64,000 nt of DNA from Gnetum montanum (Eukaryota; Plantae; Gnetophyta). The stretch spans positions 145,646 to 209,645 of the forward strand of contig MNCI01000958.1 of NCBI GenBank assembly GCA_015680685.1, given 5' to 3'. The position numbers were made by a program, and so were the translations under genes. This document shows, in pieces, positions 38,301-49,927 of the stretch. Every line of letters starts with the position of its first letter. Position 1 is the first letter of the stretch. The notes beneath the pieces are model-generated. The model had not been told where the DNA came from, searched no databases, and saw nothing but the letters and a program-made list of their open reading frames with translations.

Positions 38301-39798
38301 GGCTTAAAACTGTGTATAACGATATTAGTAAATGTTTTCTGTATTTTTCTATGGCAAGTGGTGGTGTTATGGTGATGAAGCTTGTTACAGGCCAAAATAT
38401 ATTCGTCTGCCGCCATTGCAAGACTAAAACAATTCAACCGCAGGACACTTGATGTTATAGCTGCTAGGCTATATTTCTATTACTCTTATAGCTATGAGCG
38501 TACTAATTCACTTGCTGAGATTAGAAGGTAGGCACTGATTTTGACTGATATCTGGAATATGCTATTGCTGTTCCTTATTACTGATCAATGTGTGCTTTTG
38601 TCAGTACTCTTCTTTCTTTACATAGAACTGCAACCTTGCGGCATGATGAACTCGGGCAGGTTAGTATCATTATGTAGCTTTTAATTTTTAAGCTATCTTG
38701 TTGTTTCTTTCTTGCGCTGGATGCATGCGGATGTTGAATTTTGCCTTGACAGGAAACATTATTGAATCTTCTTCTTCGTAATTATCTCCACTACAATCTC
38801 TATGATCAAGCGGAGAAATTAAGGTCAAAAGCACCACGGTTTGAAGCCCATTCAAATCAGCAGGTATGTACTTGATGAGAGACATTTAAAAAAAAAAGAC
38901 ATTCTAGTTATGAATCATTGTATGTTCTCATTTTGTTTGCACGGCTTTGAATGTCTTAGTTCTGCCGGTACTTATACTACCTAGGCAGAATAAGAACTAT
39001 ACAGTTGGAGTACACTGATGCCAAGGAGAGTCTTTTGCAAGCAGCACGTAAAGCACCTATTTCTGCACGAGGTTTTCGCATTCAATGCAACAAATGGGCA
39101 GCCATTGTTCGTCTTCTTCTTGGTGAAATTCCAGAGAGGACAACATTCATGCAGAAGGGAATGAAGAATGCACTGAGGCCATATTTTGAGCTTACTAATG
39201 TTGGTACCTTTTTCCATTGGATCTTCATTATGATTCCGTGATATGTACATGCTGGTTGATTTATTCCTGTTGTATTTTGTAGGCTGTCCGCATTGGTGAT
39301 TTGGAGCTTTTTCGTAGTGTTGCAGACAACTATGCTAGCACATTTAGGGCAGATCGAACTCATAACTTAATTGTTCGCCTTCGTCATAATGTCATAAGAA
39401 CTGGACTTCGAAATATTAGTATATCCTACTCCAGGATATCTCTGGCAGATGTTGCTGCAAAGTTGAGGCTTAATTCTGCGACTCCCGTTGCTGATGCAGA
39501 ATGTATTGTTGCAAAAGCCATCCGAGATGGTGCAATCGATGCAACAATTGATCATGCAAATGGTTGGATGCTTTCTAAAGAGACGGGTGATGTTTATTCT
39601 ACGAATGAACCACAGATGGCATTTAATGCACGTATAACATTCTGCCTCAATATGCACAATGAAGCTGTTAAGGCTTTAAGATTTCCTCCAAACGCTCACA
39701 AGAAAGAGAGAGAGAGTGCTGAGAAGCGAAGAGAAAGGCAACAGCAGGAGCAGGAACTTGCAAAGCACATTGCTGAGGAAGATGATGATGATTTTTGA
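35369..39798 (+). CDS. RPN3: 26S proteasome non-ATPase regulatory subunit 3 (RPN3/PSMD3), 8 exons, 484 aa
   Basis: Exons 35369-35435, 35538-35728, 38134-38271, 38391-38527, 38605-38659, 38753-38863, 38960-39199, 39283-39798 (1455 nt, phases consistent). Motifs [43 protein letters not shown]-terminal EEDDDDF. Confidence 0.97.
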
Positions 39799-42255
39799 AC
39801 GTTGCCTTTTTTGAAATTCATGGTAGTTATTCGATAAGTTATGTGGATTTCGTAATCTTAAATGTCTGAATAGATGTTACCGATCATCATTAATTGAAAT
39901 CTCATAATGTTTAGCACTTGTTTTTGTAGGTGCATATACTTTACTTTAGTATCTGACATGTCTGGCATGTCTGCAACATTGTTTCCATGAAGAATTAAGA
40001 CCTGTCGTCTAGCTTTTAAAAATTCTAGAGTTTTTTCCATTAAGGCGCTTGCAAGTTGCAACACCGGCAGGTGTGGAACTTCTTAAATTTAGTGTTACGG
40101 TATTTGATAAGTTTTAATAACACGTGGGAAATGTTTGTGGATTTTACCCTGAAAGAAATTTTTTGAACAGTTATTTAAAAGTGTGAATGCAATCGTTGTG
40201 TAACATGAAGCAATTGTGATACCTTTATCTCGTAAGGATAGTTACACCTGGCTAAGTTGTAATTATGGCTAATTTAATTACACTAATTATTATTTGATTT
40301 ATATGTTATCATTAATAAATCATCTTGGAGGTTGTTGGAAGAGTTAACTGACAGACAAAGTTGATGTTTATATGTTGTTAAGGTTTTTAAGCCTTTGGGG
40401 GAGTTAGAAAAATTTCCAAAAATTTCCTTCTGTAATGGTTCACATCAACTTGGCTGCCTTCTGAAACGGTAACAGATGCAACAAGCATGAGCATTAGTGG
40501 TCTGTTTTTAGTTTACTATAGATCTATTACATTGCTGTTGCTGGCGCATGAGCACTGTTGTTGTTTCGAAGTTTGATTGTGTTTATTACTGAATTCTTTA
40601 CCTGGTGGAGTTGCCAGTTAATTATGGCTTCTTGGATTGCAAGGTATTTTTCAGATATTGCTCTCTGATTTGCCCTGCTTTGAAATGTTGTTTGATATGG
40701 CTTCCGTTGAATAATTGTTTGTCTTATTTTTGAAAGTTTTTGTTTTGCATTCATATATAATTATTGTGGACAAGAAAAAAGGCATGTTTTGGGATGGCAT
40801 TTAAGATATTTGAAGCTAATTCGTTAAGCTCTTTTTCTATTTTCCTTTACTGGAAACCGTTATAGATTTTGGCTATTGAATAAATCTATCAAATGGGCGT
40901 GGAATTTGTGTTTGAAATCACATAACATGAGTTAGCTTTGAAGTGGTTCAAGGTAACCGAGTTCCTGTTGCGAACATTGGAACCTCAACTCTATCAATAA
41001 CTTAAGGATTTTTTCAGTTAGATGTCTCCTAGATCTGTGAACATTGGAACTTCGACTCTATCAAAAACTTACGGGATTTTTCAAGTTAACGCGTCTCCTC
41101 TGATTTTGTGAAATTGCTGTCAATAGCTGTGAATTTCTTCGGGTTCGAAACTGCAAAGTCTATCATCTTCTGGTTTGAAACTACATAGTAATTATCGATC
41201 AGTGGTGCCTTTGGCGTTTAAGCAAAGCTTGTGCATGCCTTTCTTAGGAATATTGTAAATGTTGTTTCGTGATTTTGTGTGTGCGACTAAGTTTGTTTGG
41301 ACGTCATTAATTGAAGATCGAATGGGTGGTCGAAGTTTATAATTACAAACATTGAGAGCTTTAAGTTCAAGCAAATTTGGACGTCATTAGTTGAAAATCG
41401 CATGGGTGGTATATGTTTATAATTACAAACATTGAGAGCATTAAGTTCGGGCAAATTTGCTCATTTATTTGATCATCTGAACTAAGAAGCTTGAGAAAGT
41501 GATGAGAAAGTGCATGACAGCTCCTTTGTGAGAGAGGGTGAGAGAGGATGGTTTTACACAAGGATCCTTCTTAACTCCTTCTTAACTCTTACATGAGAAT
41601 GAACAGTGAAAAAATTCTCAACTTAAAGGAGATATGATCTTTATGAAACGAGATATGATAGGTTGTGAGACATTGTTTTTTCATAGGATTCTTTGCGAAT
41701 GATTTCTTTTGAAACCGGTGGAACTTCATAAATTTGTTTCAGCCAAAAGCTAATGTAATTCAACCTTTAATCTGACAGACAATTATGCTTTAGCATTACC
41801 TTAAAAAATTAGAAAAGTTTTGGTGGGCATGAATTTGGCTGTTAGCACTTGTTTACTCTCTTGAAGAACAATCATAGTTAGCATGTCATCTTTGGAAAGA
41901 AGGAAACTTTAAAGTGATTTGGTGAGAAGAACATAGTATACTCTTGTTATCGGCAGATTGGCTCAACATGTAAGAGGTAATTGTTATACTCCTGTTATGG
42001 GCAGATTGTGCACATGTAAGAGGTAATTGGTTGATTGAGGGGTGCAGTGAACAGTAAGGCAAGGAATATACCACAACCCAGGTAAGTTTGATACAAATAT
42101 TATTTGCCTACCTGCACTTCATAGGTTTTAGACATCTTTTTACTATTCATGAATTTATCTCTAAAAAGGTGGGCAGTGAATATGTATTTGAGGTCCAGTA
42201 ATGTTCTTTTATGCACAAAGCACACTGAGGCAAAATGCACATCCTCTGGGCCATG

Positions 42256-42371
42256 GCTCACCACTATGACATAGCCCAAGCATTGGGCACAAATGCTCAC
42301 CACTATGACATAGCCCAAGCATTGGGCACAAATGCTCACCACTATGGCATAGCCTATGCATTGGGCACAAA
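42256..42371. repeat. Minisatellite, 3 x 39 bp, with internal palindrome
   Basis: gctcaccactatgacatagcccaagcattgggcacaaat repeated three times. Confidence 0.9.
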
Positions 42372-43085
42372 AGCAAAGCACAAGGGTGTGTGATTTTTAA
42401 AAAGAAGCCCATTGAAATTAAATAAGAGATGACGATGAATAGAAATTGCTTTTTCATTTTCCATGTGGGACTACATATGGAGTGAACATGGGTCATTTAA
42501 TTTTGAATTTAACCTGTTTAGAGAACCAACAATTTATCATAGATACTTGTGGTCAGGATCAACAATTTATCATAAATGCTCCAAGTAAAATTCCATGATA
42601 AGGTTCTCAACTAAGGGCCAGTTTGTTTTGAAATTCTTTTCCTCTATTTGTGCTTAACAAAGCTCATCCTACTTTAATTATACATGGTTTCTGATTATGA
42701 ATGTCTTGATATATACACATGCGAGGAGCTATGATAGCTGATATTTCTTTTGCTTCACAGCATGAATAACCAGAAGATCATTGGATTACATACTTTCAAC
42801 AATTCCAGATGAGTTTCATTAATGCCATAATTAATTGTGCGGTGGTGGACCGAGGACAACCATTCATGAACAGCCCAAGTAACCCAACCCACCCATCTAA
42901 CTGGTTTGGTCGAGTTACCGTTCTGGCATTCTGGGCATTTTCAAAATCCAAAAAAAAATTTAACAAAAAGCACAGCCCCAACAAAATTTTCATCCCGGTA
43001 GACACACACTGCCAAGGATGTAGCACAAACAGGCTAAAAATGAAAACACAGAGAAAACAAAAACATGATCTAAATGTGTAATAAC

Positions 43086-44037
43086 CTAGGCCCTTGAGTT
43101 GTGCTTAGTGGAATCAGAATGACTAGATCCCCCTCCCCCTGATCTAGCAACCAGGGGACTGTGCACATGTTTGCAGTTGGGACACAGCAGAGACACCTTG
43201 GATATCATGACGAACATGTGGCACTGTGCACATGCTGTCGCTATCATATCTGCTTCCCTTCCTCCTGCTCCTGCTGTTCCTCTCCCACCTCTTCTGCCTC
43301 TGCCCCTACTGCCCTGCTCTGATTCCTCGGTGTTCAGATCAATTCCTAGTGCCTCCCCACCTTCCCTCCTCCTCCTTGGGTCCTTCCATGTCTTCTCATT
43401 GGTATCCCTGTTCACATAGTATATCCTCCCTGACTGCACAGGCATATAAGAATATATATATATATCTCGTCAGTTTCAGTTTCACTTTCAGCACATGTGC
43501 CTGGTCAGAAATTTCACCAAACAATGACTTTAGTCTTTTAGCACAGAACAGACCCACCAAACCCTGGAATAACACCACAAGCCCCCAATCACCACCTAGA
43601 ATAGGACAGTCAAACTCAACCAAGACATACGCTAGAAACCTAGAACCAAAACTGCAACAAATATATATAATATGAACACAACCCCGCAGCCTAAAGGGTC
43701 AAGGGCCTTGGCATCTGCCAATTAATATACGACCCATGCAAGCCTAGAACCAGAAACTGGTAACAAGTGCATAGATATTTCTAGAAACCCAGAACCAGAG
43801 TCTGGCCAACAGTGCATAGATAGTTCTAGAAACCCAGAAGCAAAAACACAGTAGAAACCCATATGAACACAGACAGACAGATCAGAAATGAAAGGCCCAG
43901 ATAGATGAAAGCATATAGTAGGAACAAGGACGGAAAAGACCCACTTCAAGATCCAAGCACTGTTCCCACCCAGGCGGCAGAGGAGAGGCCGTGATGTTCA
44001 AAACATGCTCTGCGTCTCTGTCTCCATCGTTGTCCAT
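43086..44037 (-). CDS. CFL1: CURLY FLAG LEAF 1-like WW-domain protein with EAR-like motif and C-terminal CxxC..CxxC zinc ribbon, 146 aa
   Basis: Exons 44037-43945 (MDNDGD...PLPPGWEQCLDLE) and 43433-43086 (SGRIYYVN...TWKDPR, LGIDLN, MIATACAQCHMFVM...CPNCK); phase-0 GT-AG intron inside the WW domain. Confidence 0.88.
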
Positions 44038-47000
44038 TGCTGATGATGTTGTTGTTGTTGTTGTGGCCTCTCGGGCTCAGAAAGATTTGGTTTCCCATTC
44101 ATATGCAAAATGTGGAGCGCATGCCAGGTATAAATAAGCAAATTCATGGCGAAGACCATTAGTGCGCCTGATGATACTGCATCTAATTTTTCCCTAGCTT
44201 TCAACGCAAGGCAAGCGGAAATAACGAGGCCAGTCAGCGAGCCAGCCAGGGACGCGGCTCAGATCTCTAATGAAAGAGACAAGATTGACAATTGTGGTGT
44301 ACTCGATATTTCTCTCTATTTCTTTTGCTTTTGCTTTCTCTCTGCCTGTGCTTATCTTTGGTTTTTCCTCTTTCCTTTCTATTCTCGCTACTCTCTGGCC
44401 ATAGCAGCCATGCTATTTCTCTCTCTCTCTCTTTTTTCTGCAATGCCCCATAAATCGCAGCAACGATAATAATAATAATAATCCAGCAGCGCCCCCATAA
44501 TGAGCACGAAGGGGGAATTGAATTCACATCACATTAAAACTCATGAGGCCGGTCAATCCCACAACTAAATGCCTTCATTGAATGGCTCCCCCACACAATT
44601 AAATCCCTGTTAACCAAATTTATGCGGCCGCTTCAATGGCGCAGAGGGCGTAGGCCCCGGGATTTCCCGTGATTGGACGCAGGGGCAGGCAGGGCCGCGC
44701 AGCAGACCTAAATTCAAAGCCAAAAAAAACTCCCATCAATTGCATTTAAGAAAATCTGTTACCGCCCTTAATGCCACTCTCCCTCGAATTCAATCTCAAT
44801 CTCAGGCACCCCCCTGCTGAATCTTATCGAAACTTCGTGCTAATCCCAATCCCAACACCAAAATTAGGATGCATCCCAATCCCCAAACGGTCTGTGCTAA
44901 CTCTGGATCAACTATTACAGGATCTCTCATCCATGGTTGGCTCCCTCACTGTGCAGAGCCTGTGCGCTGTTTTCTTGCTTAAAAGATCGGTTGTTTGTTT
45001 GTTTGTCTGTCTGTCTGTTGCTCATGGTGGTGCAGGTTTCAAAGAAAGAAAGAAAGAAAGAAAGAAAGCAAATTGCAGCATGAGTTGCAGGATTTGCTAG
45101 GGTTTTCTCGTGGCTTGGGATTGAATGCCATTTAGAATGGGCGGTGCCACGTGGCTCAGAGAAAACGTAGAGTTTTTGTAGAGTGGTGGCGTATGGGGTT
45201 GCCTAGGAAGATGACTGCTACTGCTACTGCTACTGTTAGTGTTGAAGTTGCCACCAAACTGCATTAAGGTAGGCATAATACCTGCATTCAATTTCAGAGT
45301 CGCCTTTTTTTGCTTCTGCCCATTGTACCAGATGATGAAATGCAGCTCATCTCAAGTTGGGTTCATGGTCTTTTTTTTGCGCCATTCCTTCCTTGTCCAC
45401 CTTCCTTCCATCGGAGGTTGATTGATTGTTTTCCCAAGTGGAAACATTAATGGCGCACTGATTTCTGATGTTGTTTATGGGCTCCTCCGTGTCGAGTTAG
45501 AACTTGTTGCAGGAAATGGTTCAAAGTGCCCTTTTCCTGTGTAAGCCACCTGTTTGCCAAACTGGTGTCGGTTGAAACTTTTTGGAAAATCTCTGCAACC
45601 TTTGAAAAATTTCATCGTGCATGTCTTTATTCGATGTAGTGTTTTTCTGGCAATTGTGCTTGTCAATACATGTACGCTCTTTTGAAGAGGAGATGTGCAT
45701 GAATATTTACGACGAAAGGCCTGCATTATCAATGAAATCAAGAGTGTGCCGACTATGTTCATGATGGCGTTGGAACTTATCTCTACAAATGCGGGTCGAA
45801 AGAAAATTGACGGTTGAGGTTATCATATACGGTTGGCTTTCTATATTATTGGGTTTCGAGTTTTGACGTGATTCTTTCAACCAAATAGGCCAATTTAGAG
45901 ACTTTGATAAAAACCGTCGGCACAAAACAATCGCTTAACCAAAGGAAAATCGCAGAAACTTTTTGAAAGGTTTTAAAAAGAGCCCATGAAAATTTCACCG
46001 CATAAGAGCTTCGTCCTCTAACGGCTATGGCGCTGCAAATCTGAACGTTGGAAGCTGCGGAATTGAATTTTAAATTAAATGCAACTGATAAGGCAGGTAT
46101 ATGCAAAAAGGAAGTTTCATGGAACACACCAGCCGTGGACTTAGGCTCAACACCATAGCACTTAGATAAATTTTAAAAAATTGTAAAAGAAATTTTAATA
46201 TTGATCTGTGATATCTAAAAAAATTGTAAAGGGAATTTTAAGAATGATCTATGAAGGATGTCAGGGATGTAATTCAGTTTCAGTTTTATAAAATATTGAT
46301 CATCTATTTAAACATTTATTGGTACATGCCACTACATTTATGTTATGGTCTTTTGAAAGCATCAAATTCCCGTTATTCAAGCAAGAAGAGTGGAAGAAAT
46401 TACTTGGTTTTTAGATGATTATGCCCACATCTTTAAAGCTCAGCATGAAAGAATAACCTGGTAATTAATTAAGTCCATTGTATAGGTAAGAATAATCATA
46501 ATTATAATTTACCTTGGTATTAAGTGAATAATAATGCAAGCACACTTTTGGTATAAGTCTAAGCCTGTTCATAATTGGTTCTGAGATGGACTTGTACCTG
46601 GAAATACAAGTGCTTATCCTATTCTGCACATAATAGGTTTCCAAAGTAATTTTCATTATATCTATGTTATTAACCAGTCCAATTCAAAAATTCCGTTATT
46701 AATAATGAGTTTTATTTAAAAAATATTTAATCATAAATTTGAATACATAGTCTAAATTGCTCTTGCTTAAGCGGTTTCGTGTTTAAGTATTTTAGGCTGT
46801 TTTCTTCGGAACAAAAAATTATAACATCGATCAATTTTGTTGGTTTGAAATTAATAAAACTCTCACTGGTTAAAGAGATGTTATACGAAAAAGAAATTTT
46901 TTAAAAGAACGTAAATCCAGCGCGAGGTAATGCGAATTCACTGAAAACAATAACCCACCAGGCACCACATTAAAGTTGAACGCTGCTAAACACCGAACGG

Positions 47001-47473
47001 GCAACAGTCCGTTTTTACTTTATAATCATAATGCGTATTCAATGCACCAAAGGAAGCGGCCAAATTAAATTCCGTGCAATAGATGCCAAAAGATCTGTGC
47101 GCAAATTTTGCAAATTATCATTGAAGGAACAACCACCCTAAAATAACCCGGAATTCAATCCAGGAGGATTTCCACCATCCGACACCATGAAAAACCGGCG
47201 ACGTCCCATTCAATTGGGAAAAAAACAAAAACAAACAGAAGAAGACGAAGAAAAACACCCACAAAAAAATCATCATCTCCATGAATACATACATGAGCAA
47301 TATCAATACCTGGCAACTGAGCCTCAAAAAGCTCAGCACATCTGGTGCCTTCTGATCCTTTGAATCTTCCTCACATTCCGCTATCATGATTAACCACTCA
47401 AAATAGTCTCCAACAAAAACCATAAACTATAAGTAAGGCAGCAACAACAACCACCACACAACAATAATTGTGA

Positions 47474-47848
47474 TCACAGAATGGGAATATTGAACTTGGC
47501 TTTAGGATAGTGAGGAGGCGGAGGCAGCGTGGGCAAATGCACAGTGAGAAGGCCATGAGAACAAGCAGCACAGATGCCTTCAACATCCACATTACTGGGG
47601 ATGCTAAATTTCCTGCAAAACTTGCCCACACTTCTTTCTGCTCTCACGTATTTGGCTGGTCTGTTCTCTTCTTCTTCATCACTGGTTTGACATGCAAGCA
47701 GTCTCTTTTTCTCGCCCTGGATTTTGAGGAGGTGGCCATCCTCCACCTCAACTGTAATGGCGTTTCTGGTGAGGCCTGCCACCTCCACTTCTAGGGTTAT
47801 TCCTTCCTCCGATTCATTCACGTCCACTGGCAGCTTCGCGTTACCCAT
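47474..47848 (-). CDS. Small heat-shock / alpha-crystallin-domain protein (class II-like), intronless
   Basis: PVDVNE, VEVEDGHLLKIQGEKK, KYVRAERSVGKFCRKF, GLLTV. The start is uncertain (47848, or the upstream in-frame ATG at 48025). Confidence 0.88.
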   Translation of the reverse strand: MGNAKLPVDVNESEEGITLEVEVAGLTRNAITVEVEDGHLLKIQGEKKRLLACQTSDEEEENRPAKYVRAERSVGKFCRKFSIPSNVDVEGICAACSHGLLTVHLPTLPPPPHYPKAKFNIPIL

Positions 47849-48881
47849 TATTATTATTATTATTACTATTTCTTCTGGTGTGTGATCTTCTTCGTCTTCT
47901 GTTTTGTTGTTGTTGTGATGTGATGTGGCTCGCTGCTTATGTTTTGGGGATGATTTCGGTTGGGTTTGGGTGCTGGCATCAGCCAATCGCCACGCTGTTT
48001 CGCTGCCTCTTTTGGTTTCGTGCATGACTGTACCGTAATTTCAACTTGCTCAATTGTTCAGGCAAAGCCGTTACCAATGTTCATCAATTTACATGGGTTT
48101 TAGCGTTGGTTAAGATTTCGGAATTAGTAAAGTTAACCGCGACTATATATATATATATTTTAAATTAAGCTTTAATTACTTCATGGGTTGTAGAGTGATA
48201 GAGTGTGAGACCTGCCTAGGAATTGCTGGATTATTAAGGTAAGTAATATTAAGATATTTTGGTTTCAAGTTTACACTAAGTAAATTAAGATTTTATTTAT
48301 ATAAAGTCTTGGTTCAAATAAACAAAAGGCTAAACATAGAGGAGTTATGGTAATCGCACTCATCTTTAACCATCTTTAACCTGTTTGATATGATTTATCT
48401 TTTATTAGAGTTACTCATCTTTAGAATTTTAATAAAGGTAATGTTCTTATAAACATGCTTAAATACATTTTTTTGCAATCTATATTGTAAAAATGTCAAA
48501 GTATTTATGTTACTACTTCTTTTAAAAAGTCTAATGTTTTGTAGTTTAATTGAAATTTAGATGAGGTGTTGGAGATTCAAAGTTAACATAGTGATTTGCT
48601 TAAGCTTTATTGGATTGTTGTTCATTATTTTATCTTTCAAAATTGATACATAACTATCAATGTAGATAATATTATTTGGCACATATTCAGTCAAATACAA
48701 AAATTTAATTACTTTTTCCAACCCTCAAGTAAGATAATTCAAGCTATAAGGAAATTATCTACACCGCTAAATATGATTAATTTTTTGAGGTAAAGGGTTA
48801 ATGTCATTAATAAACTTTACAAATTATATATGGCCTAAGTACTAAGGTTACAATCTAAATGCGGGAAACTATCTACTTTTG

Positions 48882-49791
48882 TGATGAGAGCGGTTACTCT
48901 AGCAGTTATTCTAATTATTAGAGCAGTTACTCTAGCGGTTTATTCTAATTATTAGAGTGGTTACTCTAGCGGTTACTTTAGCAGTTATTCTAATTATTAG
49001 AGTGGTTACTCTAATTATTAGAGTAGTTGCTCCTAAGCCTATAAATACAGTGCCTAGGCACACAATTGGAAAGAAGTCTTTTAGTAGTCAAGTAGCAAAA
49101 CTCTTGTAGTTTGTTTGAAAGTTAGAGTATTTTCCAAGTGCCCGCAGCAGGAGTTCTAAGTGTGGACGGATCTTTATTTGAGCATTGTGTACCTAAGCAC
49201 ACCTTATGTATGACAATAAAGACGAGCTCTCTCATTCATCCTTGTAGCACTTGAGATTTGTTTTCTTACGCATTTCTTTTATTTTATTTTCTTATGCATT
49301 TATTTTGTTTTATGCACTTTACATTTATGTTATTAGCACAACAATTCATTTTGATCAATTAAGCAAATCGTTAAATTACACAAGCACAACCACTTTGAGC
49401 ATGCGTGTAACGCTTGGTAACCTAGTAATGATTAGCGTTTGGTAATCCCAGCAATGTTGCACTGGTTCAGGAGGTGTACGACAAGTGGGCACGGATGCTG
49501 GTGTTAGGATTAGTTAGAACTTAGTTAATGAGTAGTTAAGTTAAATTAGTCACTTAGTTACCTCTCTCCTTCCCTACTAGTGCAAGACATAAAAGCTATA
49601 AAAATCATATGCCTTAAGCTTACTTAACCATACAATCATGACGTACAGGTAAGCTTGGGAAGACAACGATAAACCAACCCATCCTTGTTCCACAAGGGTG
49701 CATAAGCACTTAGTCCTTGGAATTCAATCGAATCGTGCGTGAAACCCTCGTATTCGTATGGTTGAGCATAGGGGTACCTCGCCGCTCATCA
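48882..49791 (+). repeat. Athila-like 5' LTR (910 bp)
   Basis: Collinear with 56483-57434; TATA ctataaata near 49039. Confidence 0.95.
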
Positions 49792-49927
49792 TTGACATCG
49801 TTGTTGGAGACTTAGTTGTTTGTGCACTAGCTAGAACATAGAAAATCATTCACATTGTTGGAACAAACCCTTAGGGTTGGTTGAGAAAATAATAAATAAA
49901 AATACATTGCACACTGAATAGACAAGT

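Noticed and set aside
42256-42371. CRISPR-like palindromic repeat
   Set aside because: Units are contiguous with no unique spacers, there are no cas genes, and the context is eukaryotic.
44500-46200. Possible small gene or miRNA in a region with a G-box and microsatellites
   Set aside because: No consistent exon chain, known miRNA sequence or long hairpin found.
48600-48880. Possible older retroelement (integrase-like traces, continuing at 57440-58620 with a PBS-like taatatcaga near 58338) hosting both Athila insertions
   Set aside because: Similarity is too weak to call by eye.
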